Shown here one piece after another: positions 50,471 through 61,084 of a stretch of DNA of 64,000 nucleotides. The number at the start of each line of letters is the position of its first letter. Positions within the stretch are counted from its first letter, which is position 1. Under the pieces are notes generated by a model. It saw only the letters and a list, made by a program, of their open reading frames with translations. It searched no databases and had not been told where the DNA came from. A program made the translations under genes and the position numbers. The stretch spans positions 512,001 through 576,000 of the forward strand of contig CAWCLO010000004.1 of the NCBI GenBank assembly GCA_963796455.1, read 5' to 3'. This DNA is from Candidatus Sulfomarinibacteraceae bacterium (GTDB lineage Bacteria > Acidobacteriota > Thermoanaerobaculia > Thermoanaerobaculales > Sulfomarinibacteraceae).

Positions 50471-53041
50471 TCACCTCAGCAAGGCATTGAACAAGAGCTT
50501 GAAGGTGCCGTGGGTCTGGGATCGGTTCTGGGTCCGGAAACCGATCAGCACCACCCGGCCTTCGCCCTTTTTGGCAACCACCATTCCGGCCTTCTTGGTG
50601 ATGTGCTCTTCGCCGATGAGCCATCCGCTCTGCAGGATGTCGCGGTCGCCATAGCGGACGATGGTCTGATACCACTCGTTGTGCTGCGAGGGCTCGATCT
50701 GAAAGGTCGGGCTTGCCCAGAAAAGGACCAGCCCGTCGTCGGGCATTCCGTAGGCCAGCGGGTGGCTGTTGTCGAAGGAGACCTTGACGGTCGAGCCGGG
50801 ACAGAAGAAATCCTCCGTTGGGAGGTCGTCGATGACGTTGCGGACCTTCAAATCCAATTTCTCGATGGCGAACTCGGTGGCGTCACCAAGGGCCACGAGC
50901 GTTCCGCCTTCCTCCACGAAGGTCTTCAACGATTCGATCCCATCCTCGTCGATGGCGCTTCGATATTCGGGCGGTGTGACCGGTGCCGGGCGCCCAGGGC
51001 GGGCCTTGAATTCTCCCATCAGGGTGTCGGTTTTATCGTGGGGAAGGATGATGACGTCGTATTTTTTTCGCAGATCCCCGGCGTTGATCTCCGTGTCCCG
51101 GACCGAACTGTAGGGGAAGTCGAAGGATTCGAGGGTGAGACGGGTCCAGCCCTCGTCCATGTTGCCGCCCCAGTAACGTTTGTACATGGCGGTCCGCATC
51201 TGCTCGACTTCATGGTCGGCGGTCGGCTTCGAAGAGATCGCCATGAAGTCCACACCGGTGGCGGTGGCGACCTGCTGGAGCTTCGCTTCGTCGCCCGAGG
51301 GAATTACAAAATCACCCGGTCGGAAGCCGGTGGATGCTTCATCCACCCGGCGAACCTCGATGTCCTCAGCCAGCAGCCGGTTGACCGCCATGTAGCTGTC
51401 GTTCAGCCTCCCGTCGAGCAGATGGCCGGTTTCGCTGGGTTCCACCGTGCCTTCGAGGGAGACTTCGGTTACCACTTCCACAAGCTCCGCCTCCATCGCA
51501 GCAGCGATGGGATCGACCCGGACGCCCATGTACTCGGCCATGGTGTGGGTCGCGGAGTCATAGGGCCGGAGCGGCACGTCGTCACGGCCGCGGGTCCACT
51601 CGTTGTCGGGATAGAGGGTGCGGCCGAGCAGATTTCGAACGAGGCCCATCTTGGGTTGGCTGAGAGGAATCACATAGGAGCCCGTGCCGTAGGTCATATC
51701 GCCTACCTTGAACGCTTCAGTGGACCGGAAGATTTCGAGGTCTGACTGCAGCAGCGTGTTGATCATCTTGGCCGTCGTCAACGGGTCGTGTTGGCCGCTG
51801 GGAACGACATAGGCGGTGGGGGAGCCGGCGGCTCCGCGCTCCCGCTGGCGTTGGCTTTTGAGGTAGGCGTTGCGGACGACGGTCTCGCGGTGGCGCGCGG
51901 CGATGTCGAGCATGGCCCAGGACGCGAGCTTCGTCTGTTCCACGACGTCGCGCAGCCTCCACCAACCGCCGGGCCAGAGGCTCGGGATGGTGGTTTGGGC
52001 CTCGTATTTTTTCCATTCACGGGCACCGCCCCGAAGCTGGTCGGGGTGGATGTAGATCGGCGTCGCCAGTTTGGCGCTTGCGGACTCGGTCAGCATCCCG
52101 GCCATGTTGTGGAAGGGTGTGATCCAGTGCCATCCGAAATGGCCCCAACCGGGATACTGGGCCTTGTTCAGGATGCCCGACAGACCGGCCTCTTCGAGTT
52201 TCATCGCCATGTGGCCGCCAAAGAGACTCATCTCGCGCCACACCAGAGGATCGGCATAAGGGCGCATGGGCTCGCTGTATGGAGGCACGTAGAGACGGGC
52301 GCCATAGCTTCCCATGTGGTGGTGGTCGATATAAGCCTGCGGCTTCCAGTCCTGGTACATGATTTTTGCGGCGTACTTCGACTCGATGAGGTTGAGGAAG
52401 TCGCCGTCCCGGTTGTTGTCGTGGCCGGCATAGGGCTGGTAGAGCCACGGCAGGCCCACACCTTCGTAGTCGCCGCCGAGGGTTTTGTTGTACCAATCAG
52501 TGACCATGATCTGGCCGTCCGGGTTGAAGCTCGGGATCAGCAACAGAATCACGTTGTCGAGAATCCGTTGGGTCTCCTCGTCATCACGGGTGAGAAGGTC
52601 GTAGACAAGTTCGGGCGCCATCTGGGTGGGGCCGATCTCGGTGGCGTGGAGGCTCATGGATTGGCAGACCACGGCCTTGCCCTCCGCGACCAGGGCCTCG
52701 ACCTGGGTCTCGTCGAGTCCCTGCGCATCAAAGAGCTGATTGTTGACCTCTCTCAGTTCTTCGAGACGGGCCAGGTTGTCTGCCGACGACACCACGACGA
52801 AGAGAAATGGGTTGTCGTTTGTGGTGGGCCCCATATCGGTGACGACGATCTTGTCGCTCTGTTGGGCGAGCAGTTCGTAGTACTCGACGATGGCGTCCCA
52901 ACGGGCCATTTTTCGATCGGCGCCCAGCTGGAACCCAAAGTATTCGTCGGGCGGTGTGATCTCTGCCGTAGGAAGCTCGGCTGCCGCGGCGACAACGAAC
53001 ACGGAACACAGAATCATCGACAAGAAAGTCTTCTTCTTCAT
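50471..53041 (-). CDS. M14 zinc carboxypeptidase with C-terminal GATase-like domain, exported
   Basis: SLHATE (HxxE), NPDG, GHDNNRD, IDHHHM, DEGWTR, TFKLLFNAL. Start MKKKTF at 53041. Confidence 0.9.
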   Translation of the reverse strand: MKKKTFLSMILCSVFVVAAAAELPTAEITPPDEYFGFQLGADRKMARWDAIVEYYELLAQQSDKIVVTDMGPTTNDNPFLFVVVSSADNLARLEELREVNNQLFDAQGLDETQVEALVAEGKAVVCQSMSLHATEIGPTQMAPELVYDLLTRDDEETQRILDNVILLLIPSFNPDGQIMVTDWYNKTLGGDYEGVGLPWLYQPYAGHDNNRDGDFLNLIESKYAAKIMYQDWKPQAYIDHHHMGSYGARLYVPPYSEPMRPYADPLVWREMSLFGGHMAMKLEEAGLSGILNKAQYPGWGHFGWHWITPFHNMAGMLTESASAKLATPIYIHPDQLRGGAREWKKYEAQTTIPSLWPGGWWRLRDVVEQTKLASWAMLDIAARHRETVVRNAYLKSQRQRERGAAGSPTAYVVPSGQHDPLTTAKMINTLLQSDLEIFRSTEAFKVGDMTYGTGSYVIPLSQPKMGLVRNLLGRTLYPDNEWTRGRDDVPLRPYDSATHTMAEYMGVRVDPIAAAMEAELVEVVTEVSLEGTVEPSETGHLLDGRLNDSYMAVNRLLAEDIEVRRVDEASTGFRPGDFVIPSGDEAKLQQVATATGVDFMAISSKPTADHEVEQMRTAMYKRYWGGNMDEGWTRLTLESFDFPYSSVRDTEINAGDLRKKYDVIILPHDKTDTLMGEFKARPGRPAPVTPPEYRSAIDEDGIESLKTFVEEGGTLVALGDATEFAIEKLDLKVRNVIDDLPTEDFFCPGSTVKVSFDNSHPLAYGMPDDGLVLFWASPTFQIEPSQHNEWYQTIVRYGDRDILQSGWLIGEEHITKKAGMVVAKKGEGRVVLIGFRTQNRSQTHGTFKLLFNALLR

Positions 53042-53261
53042 GGAAACCTCTTTTTTTGGAATCAGGTGGTGGTATTGAGATGGAAGCGACAGGCCAGTCA
53101 CGAATTCGGCGACCCCCGTCCCGAAGGCTAACACACAAAAGGTGGCACGATCCCTCGCGAAACCCCGTTTTGCGGCCGTCATGCTGGCCCCCCGGCGGAT
53201 GCATCGAAGCCTCCGGTTGCGCTATGGTGGCCCTCCTGACGGACGGAAGGAAGAGCAATCC

Positions 53262-55220
53262 ATGAAGAGAACAAATCCGGGCGGCGGGTGTCGGCAATAT
53301 GACGGGGTTTTCGCATCGTTGCGATGCCGATTGCGGACGGCCTCTTTATTGAACCTGTGTCTTTTGTTGGTTGCTCTCGGCCTCGTGGGAGCAATGTGCT
53401 CGAACGAGGCATTTGCGCAACAAGCCACACAGATCACGCATGGTCCGATTCTCGGCCGGCTCGGGGCTCACGAGATCGGCATCTGGGCGAGGACACGGAA
53501 TCCCGGCACATTCAGAGTGCGTTTCGGTGTGCGGACCGACGCCATGGACACATTGTCCGGTCCAGTGACAACCAGGATCGAAAACGACAATACCGGGTGG
53601 GCCCATATTTCGGGTCTGGAGGCAGATACCGAGTACTTCTACGAACTGGCCGCTGAGGGCAGCACCGCAACGATGCACAATCGAAGGGGTTCCTTCCGCA
53701 CACTGCCTGATCCGGAAGAGATGGTCGACGCCCAGCACAACCCGAAAGGCCTGTTCAACTTCAGTTTCGAGTATGCCTGCGGTAACAGCCAGAGCGGTAA
53801 CGGGTTCGGTCCGGCGCTGCCGACATTCCGGACAATGCTCGACGAGATCGCGGAGTCGATTGATTTCGCGATCCTCAATGGTGATTGGCTGTACGAACGA
53901 GAGCGGGAGTACTCACCGGAGAGTTGGCTTGAACAGGTGGGGCTCACCGCAGATCAGACGCCCGATGTGGTGAGATATGCGCCAACCATCGTCGGAGTGT
54001 GGGAGAACTACAAGAGTTATCTCGACCGGGGCCACAATCTCTCACTGTGGCACAGAATGGTCCCTTCGTTCTTCACCATCGACGATCACGAGATTCTCGA
54101 CAACGCCTATGGGGCCGGAGAGGCGGGGCGGCGTAATCGAAGGGCTCTCTTTCGAGATATGGGTGTGCAGGCGTGGCGCGATTACCTGGCGTGGAGCAAC
54201 CATACCGATTTCGATCAGGACATCATCTTCGGACGTGCTCGGCTCGAAGCGGGCAGCGATGTTCTGACCGATGGAGAGGCCGATTTCACCGCGCTCGATC
54301 TCGAGCAAGCGGCGAACGTGCACGTTCACTGGGGTGGGCCCTACGCGGGCGCCCGGAGGGTGCCCGAGGAATCGAAGACCGGCGGCGACCCCAATGCCGG
54401 TGTTTATGACCTCGTCGAGGTGATCGATGCCCATCGGATTCGAATCGATCCGCCGGCGAAGGAAAACGGCGATCCCTCGTATTCAATCGGCCGCCGGTCA
54501 TACGGAAAAATGCGCGTGAGCAACTCGGATTTCTTTCTTCTCGATCTCCGATCGCACCAGGACATGCACGACTGGCGGAATCCCAACAAACCCGGCATCT
54601 CGATCATGGGCCGCGAACAGAAGGCCTGGTTGAAAAACGAGATGATGAACAGCGACGCGGACTTCTTCTTCGTGATGTCGTCGGTCAATCTCACGATTCC
54701 CCATGTCGGCGGGACCCGGGCCGTGACCGCGGAGCAAGCACGGCAGAACCCGCAGACCGGCCGGGACGATGCGTGGACCATCTTTGTCGAAGAGCGTGAA
54801 GAGATGATCGAGTTCTGGGATTCTCTCGGCAAACCGGTCTTTGTCCTCACCGGGGATCTGCACAACAGTTTTGCCATCAAGGTCAGCGATCGGGTGTGGG
54901 AGTTCGCGTCGGGACCGCACAATTCTCGGAACCATTCGCTGAGTGCCGAGGCAGGCCGGCCGCCCAACGGTACCTTTGATTCCCGTGGGCGACCGGTTGA
55001 GATTCGGTGGTCGAGCTGCATCCTCGACGATGTTCCGGGCGGTTTGCGATACCGTCCGGTCTATACGGTGGTGCAGGTGAACAACGTCTTCAACAATCCG
55101 GTCGAAGCGGGCAAGGACCGGTGGGTCGAGTTTCCTCGACCACAGGTTGTCTTTCAGTTCTACGACGGATTGACCGGGGATCTTTTGTACGCCGAATCGA
55201 TTCTTGCCGAACAACACTAG
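53262..55220 (+). CDS. Alkaline phosphatase D family protein
   Basis: THGPILG, IWART, NGDWLYE, DDHEI, LDLRSH, DAWT, LTGDLH; hydrophobic signal before AQQ. Start uncertain. Confidence 0.85.
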   Translation: MKRTNPGGGCRQYDGVFASLRCRLRTASLLNLCLLLVALGLVGAMCSNEAFAQQATQITHGPILGRLGAHEIGIWARTRNPGTFRVRFGVRTDAMDTLSGPVTTRIENDNTGWAHISGLEADTEYFYELAAEGSTATMHNRRGSFRTLPDPEEMVDAQHNPKGLFNFSFEYACGNSQSGNGFGPALPTFRTMLDEIAESIDFAILNGDWLYEREREYSPESWLEQVGLTADQTPDVVRYAPTIVGVWENYKSYLDRGHNLSLWHRMVPSFFTIDDHEILDNAYGAGEAGRRNRRALFRDMGVQAWRDYLAWSNHTDFDQDIIFGRARLEAGSDVLTDGEADFTALDLEQAANVHVHWGGPYAGARRVPEESKTGGDPNAGVYDLVEVIDAHRIRIDPPAKENGDPSYSIGRRSYGKMRVSNSDFFLLDLRSHQDMHDWRNPNKPGISIMGREQKAWLKNEMMNSDADFFFVMSSVNLTIPHVGGTRAVTAEQARQNPQTGRDDAWTIFVEEREEMIEFWDSLGKPVFVLTGDLHNSFAIKVSDRVWEFASGPHNSRNHSLSAEAGRPPNGTFDSRGRPVEIRWSSCILDDVPGGLRYRPVYTVVQVNNVFNNPVEAGKDRWVEFPRPQVVFQFYDGLTGDLLYAESILAEQH

Positions 55221-55347
55221 GCAGCCGGGCCCTCTCGGGCACCACAGAGCCCGCTGCCGGTAACGATGGGAGACTTCCAGAACAGCTGGCCTCTTCCAAT
55301 CGCGGTTTTTCTTGCTACCATGACCCCGCCTATGGAGGGGCATTAAA

Positions 55348-57447
55348 ATGAGAAAAGCTCTTATTACTGTTGTTTGCTTTTTGATAGTGAGCTGTGGCGG
55401 TCCCGGCGCGGACGATCCTGCCGTCGACGTCAACCCGTTCTTTGTCGCGTATGACACACCGTTCAACGTCCAGCCCTTCGATCGCATCGACGAGGCGCAT
55501 TTCGTGCCCGCTTTCGAGGAGGGGATGGCCAGGGAGAACGCCGAGATCGCGGCCATCGTCGACAACCCCGAAGCACCGACGTTCGACAACACGATCGTGG
55601 CCCTCGACCGGTCAGGCGAACTGCTCGGCGAGGTCTCGCGGGTCTTCTTCGCCCTCACCGGATCGAACACCAATGACGAGCTCCAGGACATCCAAAAGCA
55701 GATGTCGCCGGTGCTCGCGGCCCACCGCGACGAGATCCGGCTCAACCCGGTGCTTTTTTCTCGGGTGAAGGCGGTCTACGAACAACGTGAGGAGCTGGAT
55801 CTCGATCGGGAGCAGCTCTTCCTGCTCGAGAACATGTACATGGGTTATGTCCGCAACGGCGCCCTGCTCGGGCCCGAGGACCAGACCCGACTCAAGGAGA
55901 TCAACCAGAAGCTGTCGGCGCTGCGAGTCGAGTTCAGCCGCAATCTCCTGGCCGAAACCAACGGATTCAAGCTCGTGATCGAGGACGAAGCTGATCTTGC
56001 CGGGTTGCCGGCTGGGGTGATCGAGACGGCTGCTGCGACGGCATCAAGGCAGGGCCTCGAAAAGGGATGGGTTTTCACGACCCACAAGCCCAGCATGCTG
56101 CCCTTCCTGACCTATGCCGAGAACCGCGACCTCAGGCGAGAGCTCTACACCGCCTACACGGTGCGCGGCAACCACGGAAAATGAATACGACAACAAAGCG
56201 ATCATGGCCGAAATCGTCAATCTGCGGGTCGAGAAGGCGAAGCTGCTGGGATACGAGACCTTCGCCCACTACACCCTCGAGCCCCGGATGGCTGAGACTC
56301 CAGCCAGGGTCTATGAACTGCTCAACCGGCTGTGGGACGCCTCGTTACCGGTCGCAAAACGCGAGGTGGTCGAGATGCAGGCCATCATCGACAGCGAGGG
56401 CGGCGGTTTCGAACTCGCGCCCTGGGACTGGTGGTTCTATGCCGAAAAGCTCCGCATGGCGAAGTACGACCTCGATGACAACGAACTGCGCCCATATTTC
56501 GAGCTCAACAACGTGCGTGACGGCGTCTTCTACGTCGCCAACCAGCTCTACGGCCTGACCTTCGAGGAGTTGAAGGAATGCCCAAGCCGCACCCCGACGC
56601 CCAGGTCTTCCAGGTTTTTGAGGCCGACGGCGAACACGCAGCGGTCATCTACATGGACTACCACCCGCGCGAGAGCAAACGCGGTGGAGCGTGGTGTGGA
56701 CGCTTCCGGAGCCAGAACCGCGCTGACGGCACCGAAATCGATCCGGTCATCAACCTGGTCTGCAACTTCACCACCGCCACCGAGGACACGCCGGCGTTGC
56801 TGAGCCTCGACGAGGTGGAGACCCTCTTCCACGAGTTCGGCCACGCCCTCGACGGCATGCTCGCCAATGTGACCTACCGGACCGGGGTCCGGTCGCCCGA
56901 CTTCAGCGAGCTCCCGAGCCAGATCATGGAGCACTGGGCCATGGCGCCCGAGGTGCTCAAGGTCTATGCCCGTCACTATCAGACCGGTGAGCCCATCCCG
57001 GACGAACTCATCGCAAAGATCGAAAACAGTTCCTTCTTCAACCAGGGATTCATCCAGGTCGAGTACCTGGCGGCCAGTCTTCTGGACATGGAGTACCACA
57101 CGCTGACCGAACCCACGGAAATCGACATCAACAGATTCGAAAAGGCGTACCTCGACGAGATCGGTCTCATTCCGGAGATCGCGCCCCGATACCACACAAC
57201 ATACTTCTCCCACATCACCGGTGGTTATGCTGCCGGGTACTACGGCTATACCTGGTCGGGAGTGCTCGATCACGACGCATTCGCGGCCTTCGAAGAAACC
57301 AGTCTCTTCGATCAAGAAACCGCGCAGCGCTTCCGGACCGAGATCCTCGAGGTCAACGGCACCGCGGACTACATGGACATGTGGACCAATTTCCGCGGCC
57401 GCGAGCCTGAGATCGACCCCTTGCTGCGAAACCTTGGGCTGCAATAG
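55348..57447 (+). CDS. dcp: Second M3A Dcp-like metallopeptidase, lipoprotein; compensating +1/-1 frameshifts
   Basis: Lipobox IVSC; NPFF; KRGGAW, LFHEFGHAL, ELPSQIMEHW, GYAAGYY. An extra A at about 56180 and a missing base at about 56578 split it into three ORFs. Confidence 0.88.
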
Positions 57448-57467
57448 CCCGATCATTCAACAAACAG

Positions 57468-57497
57468 AAAGTGGCGCCTCGCGGCGCCACTTTTTTT
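57468..57497 (+). terminator. Intrinsic terminator
   Basis: AAAGTGGCGCC-TCGC-GGCGCCACTTTTTTT after the stop at 57447. Confidence 0.88.
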
Positions 57498-57524
57498 ATG
57501 TACGAGCCGGAACTCGGATCGCGG

Positions 57525-57704
57525 TCAATCCTTCGGGATCCGGTCCACGTTTTCCGCCAACCATGAATCGAAGGTCTGGAGCGACGGCACCAACTCCCGC
57601 GAGAAACCCAGGTCGCGGCTGCCGCAGAAGGCCTCCTGAAAATCGCGCCGGAACTGAGACATATCTCCGAGATCCCCCGATCCCGGGGACACCAAATCAG
57701 AGCG
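57525..57704 (-). pseudogene. C-terminal relic of an NmrA/HSCARG-family protein
   Basis: PGSGDLGDMSQFRRDFQEAFCGSRDL..SRELVPSLQTFDSWLAEN..RIP resembles NmrA C-termini; the Rossmann N-terminus is absent. Confidence 0.6.
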
Positions 57705-57708
57705 CCGG

Positions 57709-58332
57709 CTATTCCGGTTTTTTGGCCACGATGAAGATCGCTTTGCCCTTGCCCGGTTGCCACTGGTGGTCGATCGTGAAACCGGCATCGGTCAAACTGG
57801 TCACGAGTTCGCCGGTGGTGAAAACGTTGAGCGTCGGCATCAATCCGAAAAACTTCCCGAACGGCCCGATGACCTTGAAGAACTTCATCGTGTCGCCGAT
57901 GCAGGTGGTGCTGCTGATGAACACTCCGTCGGGTTTGAGCATTCGATGAACCTTGGCGATCGCCTCTTCCTTGTTGTCGAGCAGATGCAGAATGCTGAGA
58001 CCCAACACAACGTCCATTGATCCGTCGGGAACACTGAGATCCTCGATGGTCGATTGTTCAAAGCTGACGTTTTCGACCTGGGCCTGATGAGCCTTCTCGC
58101 GAGCGATCTCGATCATTTTCGACGAGATGTCGATGGCCCGGATATGCCGCACGTGAGGGGAGTGGTTGATCGCGGTCGATCCTGTGCCGCAACCGAATTC
58201 CAGTACTTCCGTATTCGGCCGAAAATAGCCGCGAGTGATCTCCAGCTTCTTCTGGTACGACGCTTCATCGGCGACAGGGCTCTTTGAATAACGTACTGCG
58301 ATTCTGTCCCAGAACTTGGACGACGACTTCAT
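57709..58332 (-). CDS. Class I SAM-dependent methyltransferase
   Basis: FWDRIA, VLEFGCGTG, DISSKMI, LHLL, LKPDGVF. Confidence 0.92.
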   Translation of the reverse strand: MKSSSKFWDRIAVRYSKSPVADEASYQKKLEITRGYFRPNTEVLEFGCGTGSTAINHSPHVRHIRAIDISSKMIEIAREKAHQAQVENVSFEQSTIEDLSVPDGSMDVVLGLSILHLLDNKEEAIAKVHRMLKPDGVFISSTTCIGDTMKFFKVIGPFGKFFGLMPTLNVFTTGELVTSLTDAGFTIDHQWQPGKGKAIFIVAKKPE

Positions 58333-58482
58333 CTCCACCACCAATCGGCTTTTTCGACCCGGTCATACCTGTACGGAGGACCCTATTCTACTTGCAGTCG
58401 TTCACATCACGACGAGAGGCCCCGATTTGTCAGCGAGTTTGTCGGTCATGTCCTTGCCTGCTTGCCGAGGCTGCATGCGACA

Positions 58483-59250
58483 ATGCGGACCGTGAATGAG
58501 ATCGCCCTGTTCGGACGGCTGGTGACTGCGGTTTACATCGCGGCCGGGTTCAGCTTCATCACCCTTTTGTTCGTGACGGCTCCCTACGGCCGCCACGCCC
58601 GTCCGGGCTGGGGACCAACCATCGCGAGCAGCACAGGCTGGCTTCTGATGGAGAGTCCGGCGGTGATCGTTTTTGCCGGGGTCTACGCGATCGGGGACCT
58701 CCGCTCCGAACCGGTGCCGCTCGTGCTGCTCGCAATGTGGATGCTTCACTATCTCCACCGCACCTTCGTCTATCCCTTTCGGATGCGGTCGGCGGCCCGC
58801 CGGATTCCGGTGTCGGTTGTGGTGATGGGCGTCGGCTTCAATCTGCTGAATGCCGTCCTGAACGCACGTTGGATATCCCATCTCGGTCCCTATGCGGAGG
58901 GCGGGGGTGTCGGCCCGTGGCTGTGGGCCGGCATTGCGGTTTTCATTGCCGGTTGGTTGCTGAACGGCTCCTCGGACCGAAAGTTGATGCAACTGCGAAG
59001 TGGGGGAGAGACGGGCTACCGTATCCCGTACGGTGGAGCGTTTCGTTGGATCACCTGTCCGAATTATCTGGGCGAGATCGTCGAGTGGGCGGGCTGGGCC
59101 CTGGCATCGCGGTCCCCGGCAGCGCTCGCCTTCGCGGTCTTCACGATGGCCAACCTCGTCCCGCGTGCCCTGGCCCACCACCGTTGGTACCGGACCGGGT
59201 TCCCGGACTATCCAACTCAACGAAAGGCCCTGATTCCTTTTCTGCTTTGA
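58483..59250 (+). CDS. 3-oxo-5-alpha-steroid 4-dehydrogenase (steroid 5-alpha reductase) family membrane protein
   Basis: APYGRH, GWLLMESP, HYLHRTFVYP, YRIPYGGAFRWITCPNYLGEIVEW, NLVPRA..HHRWY, RKALIPF. Confidence 0.9.
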   Translation: MRTVNEIALFGRLVTAVYIAAGFSFITLLFVTAPYGRHARPGWGPTIASSTGWLLMESPAVIVFAGVYAIGDLRSEPVPLVLLAMWMLHYLHRTFVYPFRMRSAARRIPVSVVVMGVGFNLLNAVLNARWISHLGPYAEGGGVGPWLWAGIAVFIAGWLLNGSSDRKLMQLRSGGETGYRIPYGGAFRWITCPNYLGEIVEWAGWALASRSPAALAFAVFTMANLVPRALAHHRWYRTGFPDYPTQRKALIPFLL

Positions 59251-59313
59251 TCGTTGGCCGACAGCGTGAAACCTTTCGAATCGGCGCCCCTATATCCCTC
59301 AGGGAGTTTTTGC

Positions 59314-60195
59314 ATGTCGAATGATCGGTTTCTTATTCAAGGCCTCGCTTTCGCGGCGTTCTTTCTGTCCTTCCAGGTTGCAGGCTCCGCTCAAACGATT
59401 CCCGGATCGTTGAAACAGATCACCACCAACCCTTCCAACGAGTACTATCCGACCTGGTCGCCGGATGGGACCCGCATCGCTTTTGACGGCGAGGGCGGCA
59501 TCTGGGCGGTCTCACTCGAGGACGGTAGTACCGAAAAAATTGTTTCGGATGCAGGCCATCCCGATTGGTCTCCCGATGGTTCGTACGTAGCCTACGACAC
59601 CGATAACCGCATTCGGATTATCTCCGTCCACGGCGGCACCCCGATATCTGTGGTGCCCCCGTCGCCCCCCATCGCTCGTGGGGGCTACCCGAAATGGTCT
59701 CGAGACGGCTCGCGAATCGCGTTTGCGTCTGCAGACGGAAGCATCTGGGCCGTCGATCTACCAACCGGCGATTTACAGAGGCTGTTTCATCGTGAAGGGT
59801 ATCGAGCGAGACCCTTCAGTTGGTCTCCCGACGGATCGCGTCTTGCAGTCGACCTGACGAATGTTGAAGGCGAAAAAAACACAGATATTTGGCTCATTTC
59901 GCCTGGCGATGGATCCGCGATTCAACTCACCGATTATCCGGGGCGCGAAGCAAATCCTCAATGGTCGCCTGATGGTTCTCTCATCGCGTTCATGGCTGAA
60001 CACAGCGGAAACAGGGATGTCTGGGTGATTTCGGTAACAGGCGGTTCGCCGAGCCAGTTGACGGTGAATACGGGCGTCGATATGAATCCCCGCTGGTCCC
60101 CCGATGGCAAGAAAATTGCCTTCTCCTCCGACCGGAGTGGAAACTGGGATATCTGGCTCGTGGACTTCAGATTGAAGCAGGGGATCACGAATTGA
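59314..60195 (+). CDS. TolB-like PD40 beta-propeller protein, exported
   Basis: Six P-x-WS(P/R)DG repeats; signal peptide from MSNDRF. Confidence 0.88.
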   Translation: MSNDRFLIQGLAFAAFFLSFQVAGSAQTIPGSLKQITTNPSNEYYPTWSPDGTRIAFDGEGGIWAVSLEDGSTEKIVSDAGHPDWSPDGSYVAYDTDNRIRIISVHGGTPISVVPPSPPIARGGYPKWSRDGSRIAFASADGSIWAVDLPTGDLQRLFHREGYRARPFSWSPDGSRLAVDLTNVEGEKNTDIWLISPGDGSAIQLTDYPGREANPQWSPDGSLIAFMAEHSGNRDVWVISVTGGSPSQLTVNTGVDMNPRWSPDGKKIAFSSDRSGNWDIWLVDFRLKQGITN

Positions 60196-60430
60196 TTCCT
60201 GGATGAACGGCGCTGTCGGCCTGACGACGTTGCTTGAATGGTGCCTGGTGCGGGGAACCCTTTTTTTTGCAACGCGGCGATGAGGAAGGTGGCGCCCGTT
60301 CTCATCTCGAAGTGACTCGAGGCTCATTCGAGATGGGCGCGCGCAGCGGCCCCTCCCGGAATCACCCGGGTGTGACCCACTGTTGTAAGCAGTAATCAGC
60401 ACCGAAATGGTCCCCATGGGAGGTTTGTTC

Positions 60431-60871
60431 ATGGCTCATCGTTATTCGGTATCCCGCAGCATCAAAGCCCCGATCGAGTTGGTTTTCAGCCGCATTTCGG
60501 ATGTTCACAATTTCGCGGAAGTCTCCGACGACATCCTCAATATCGAGTTTCTGTCGGAGACCACGCACGGGGTGGGCACGCGGTTCAAAGAGACCCGCAA
60601 CATGAACGGCCGCGAGGCCGTCACCGAACTCGAGCTGACCGAATTCGTCGAGAACGACCGGGTGCGTTTTGTGTCGGACGCCGGTGGCACGATCTGGGAC
60701 ACCGTGATGGCGGTGACCCCCAACGGCGAATACACCCAGCTCGAGATGAACATGGACGCCCGCCCCTACAAGTTCATGGCGCGAATCATGAACATCGTGA
60801 TCAAGGGTATGGTCACCAAGGCCGTCACCAAGGACATGGACAATCTGAAGGCCTGGTGCGAGGCGCAGTAG
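60431..60871 (+). CDS. SRPBCC family protein
   Basis: IKAPIELVF, GVGTRFKETR, DMDNLKAWCE; RBS GGGAGG. Confidence 0.88.
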   Translation: MAHRYSVSRSIKAPIELVFSRISDVHNFAEVSDDILNIEFLSETTHGVGTRFKETRNMNGREAVTELELTEFVENDRVRFVSDAGGTIWDTVMAVTPNGEYTQLEMNMDARPYKFMARIMNIVIKGMVTKAVTKDMDNLKAWCEAQ

Positions 60872-61084
60872 TGGGTGCCTTTTTCACGCGTCAACGACGA
60901 TGATGCGAGATTGGTAGAGACTGGCCGACCGACACAGATGGCATCAGCGAATCAGCTCCTGCGCCCGCTCATCTTCACAGCCATTCTGTGGGGCGTTTGG
61001 TGGCTTCGTCGAGACCCCAGCCAGAGTGCGTAAGTAAGTGTCGAAAAAACAAGCCAGGGGCGTATGATAGCTGCCGGAGTTTCA

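Noticed and set aside
60301..60337. Hairpin CATCTCGAA..TTCGAGATG
   Set aside because: Real stem, but single copy with no U-tract or recognisable RNA motif; cannot assign.
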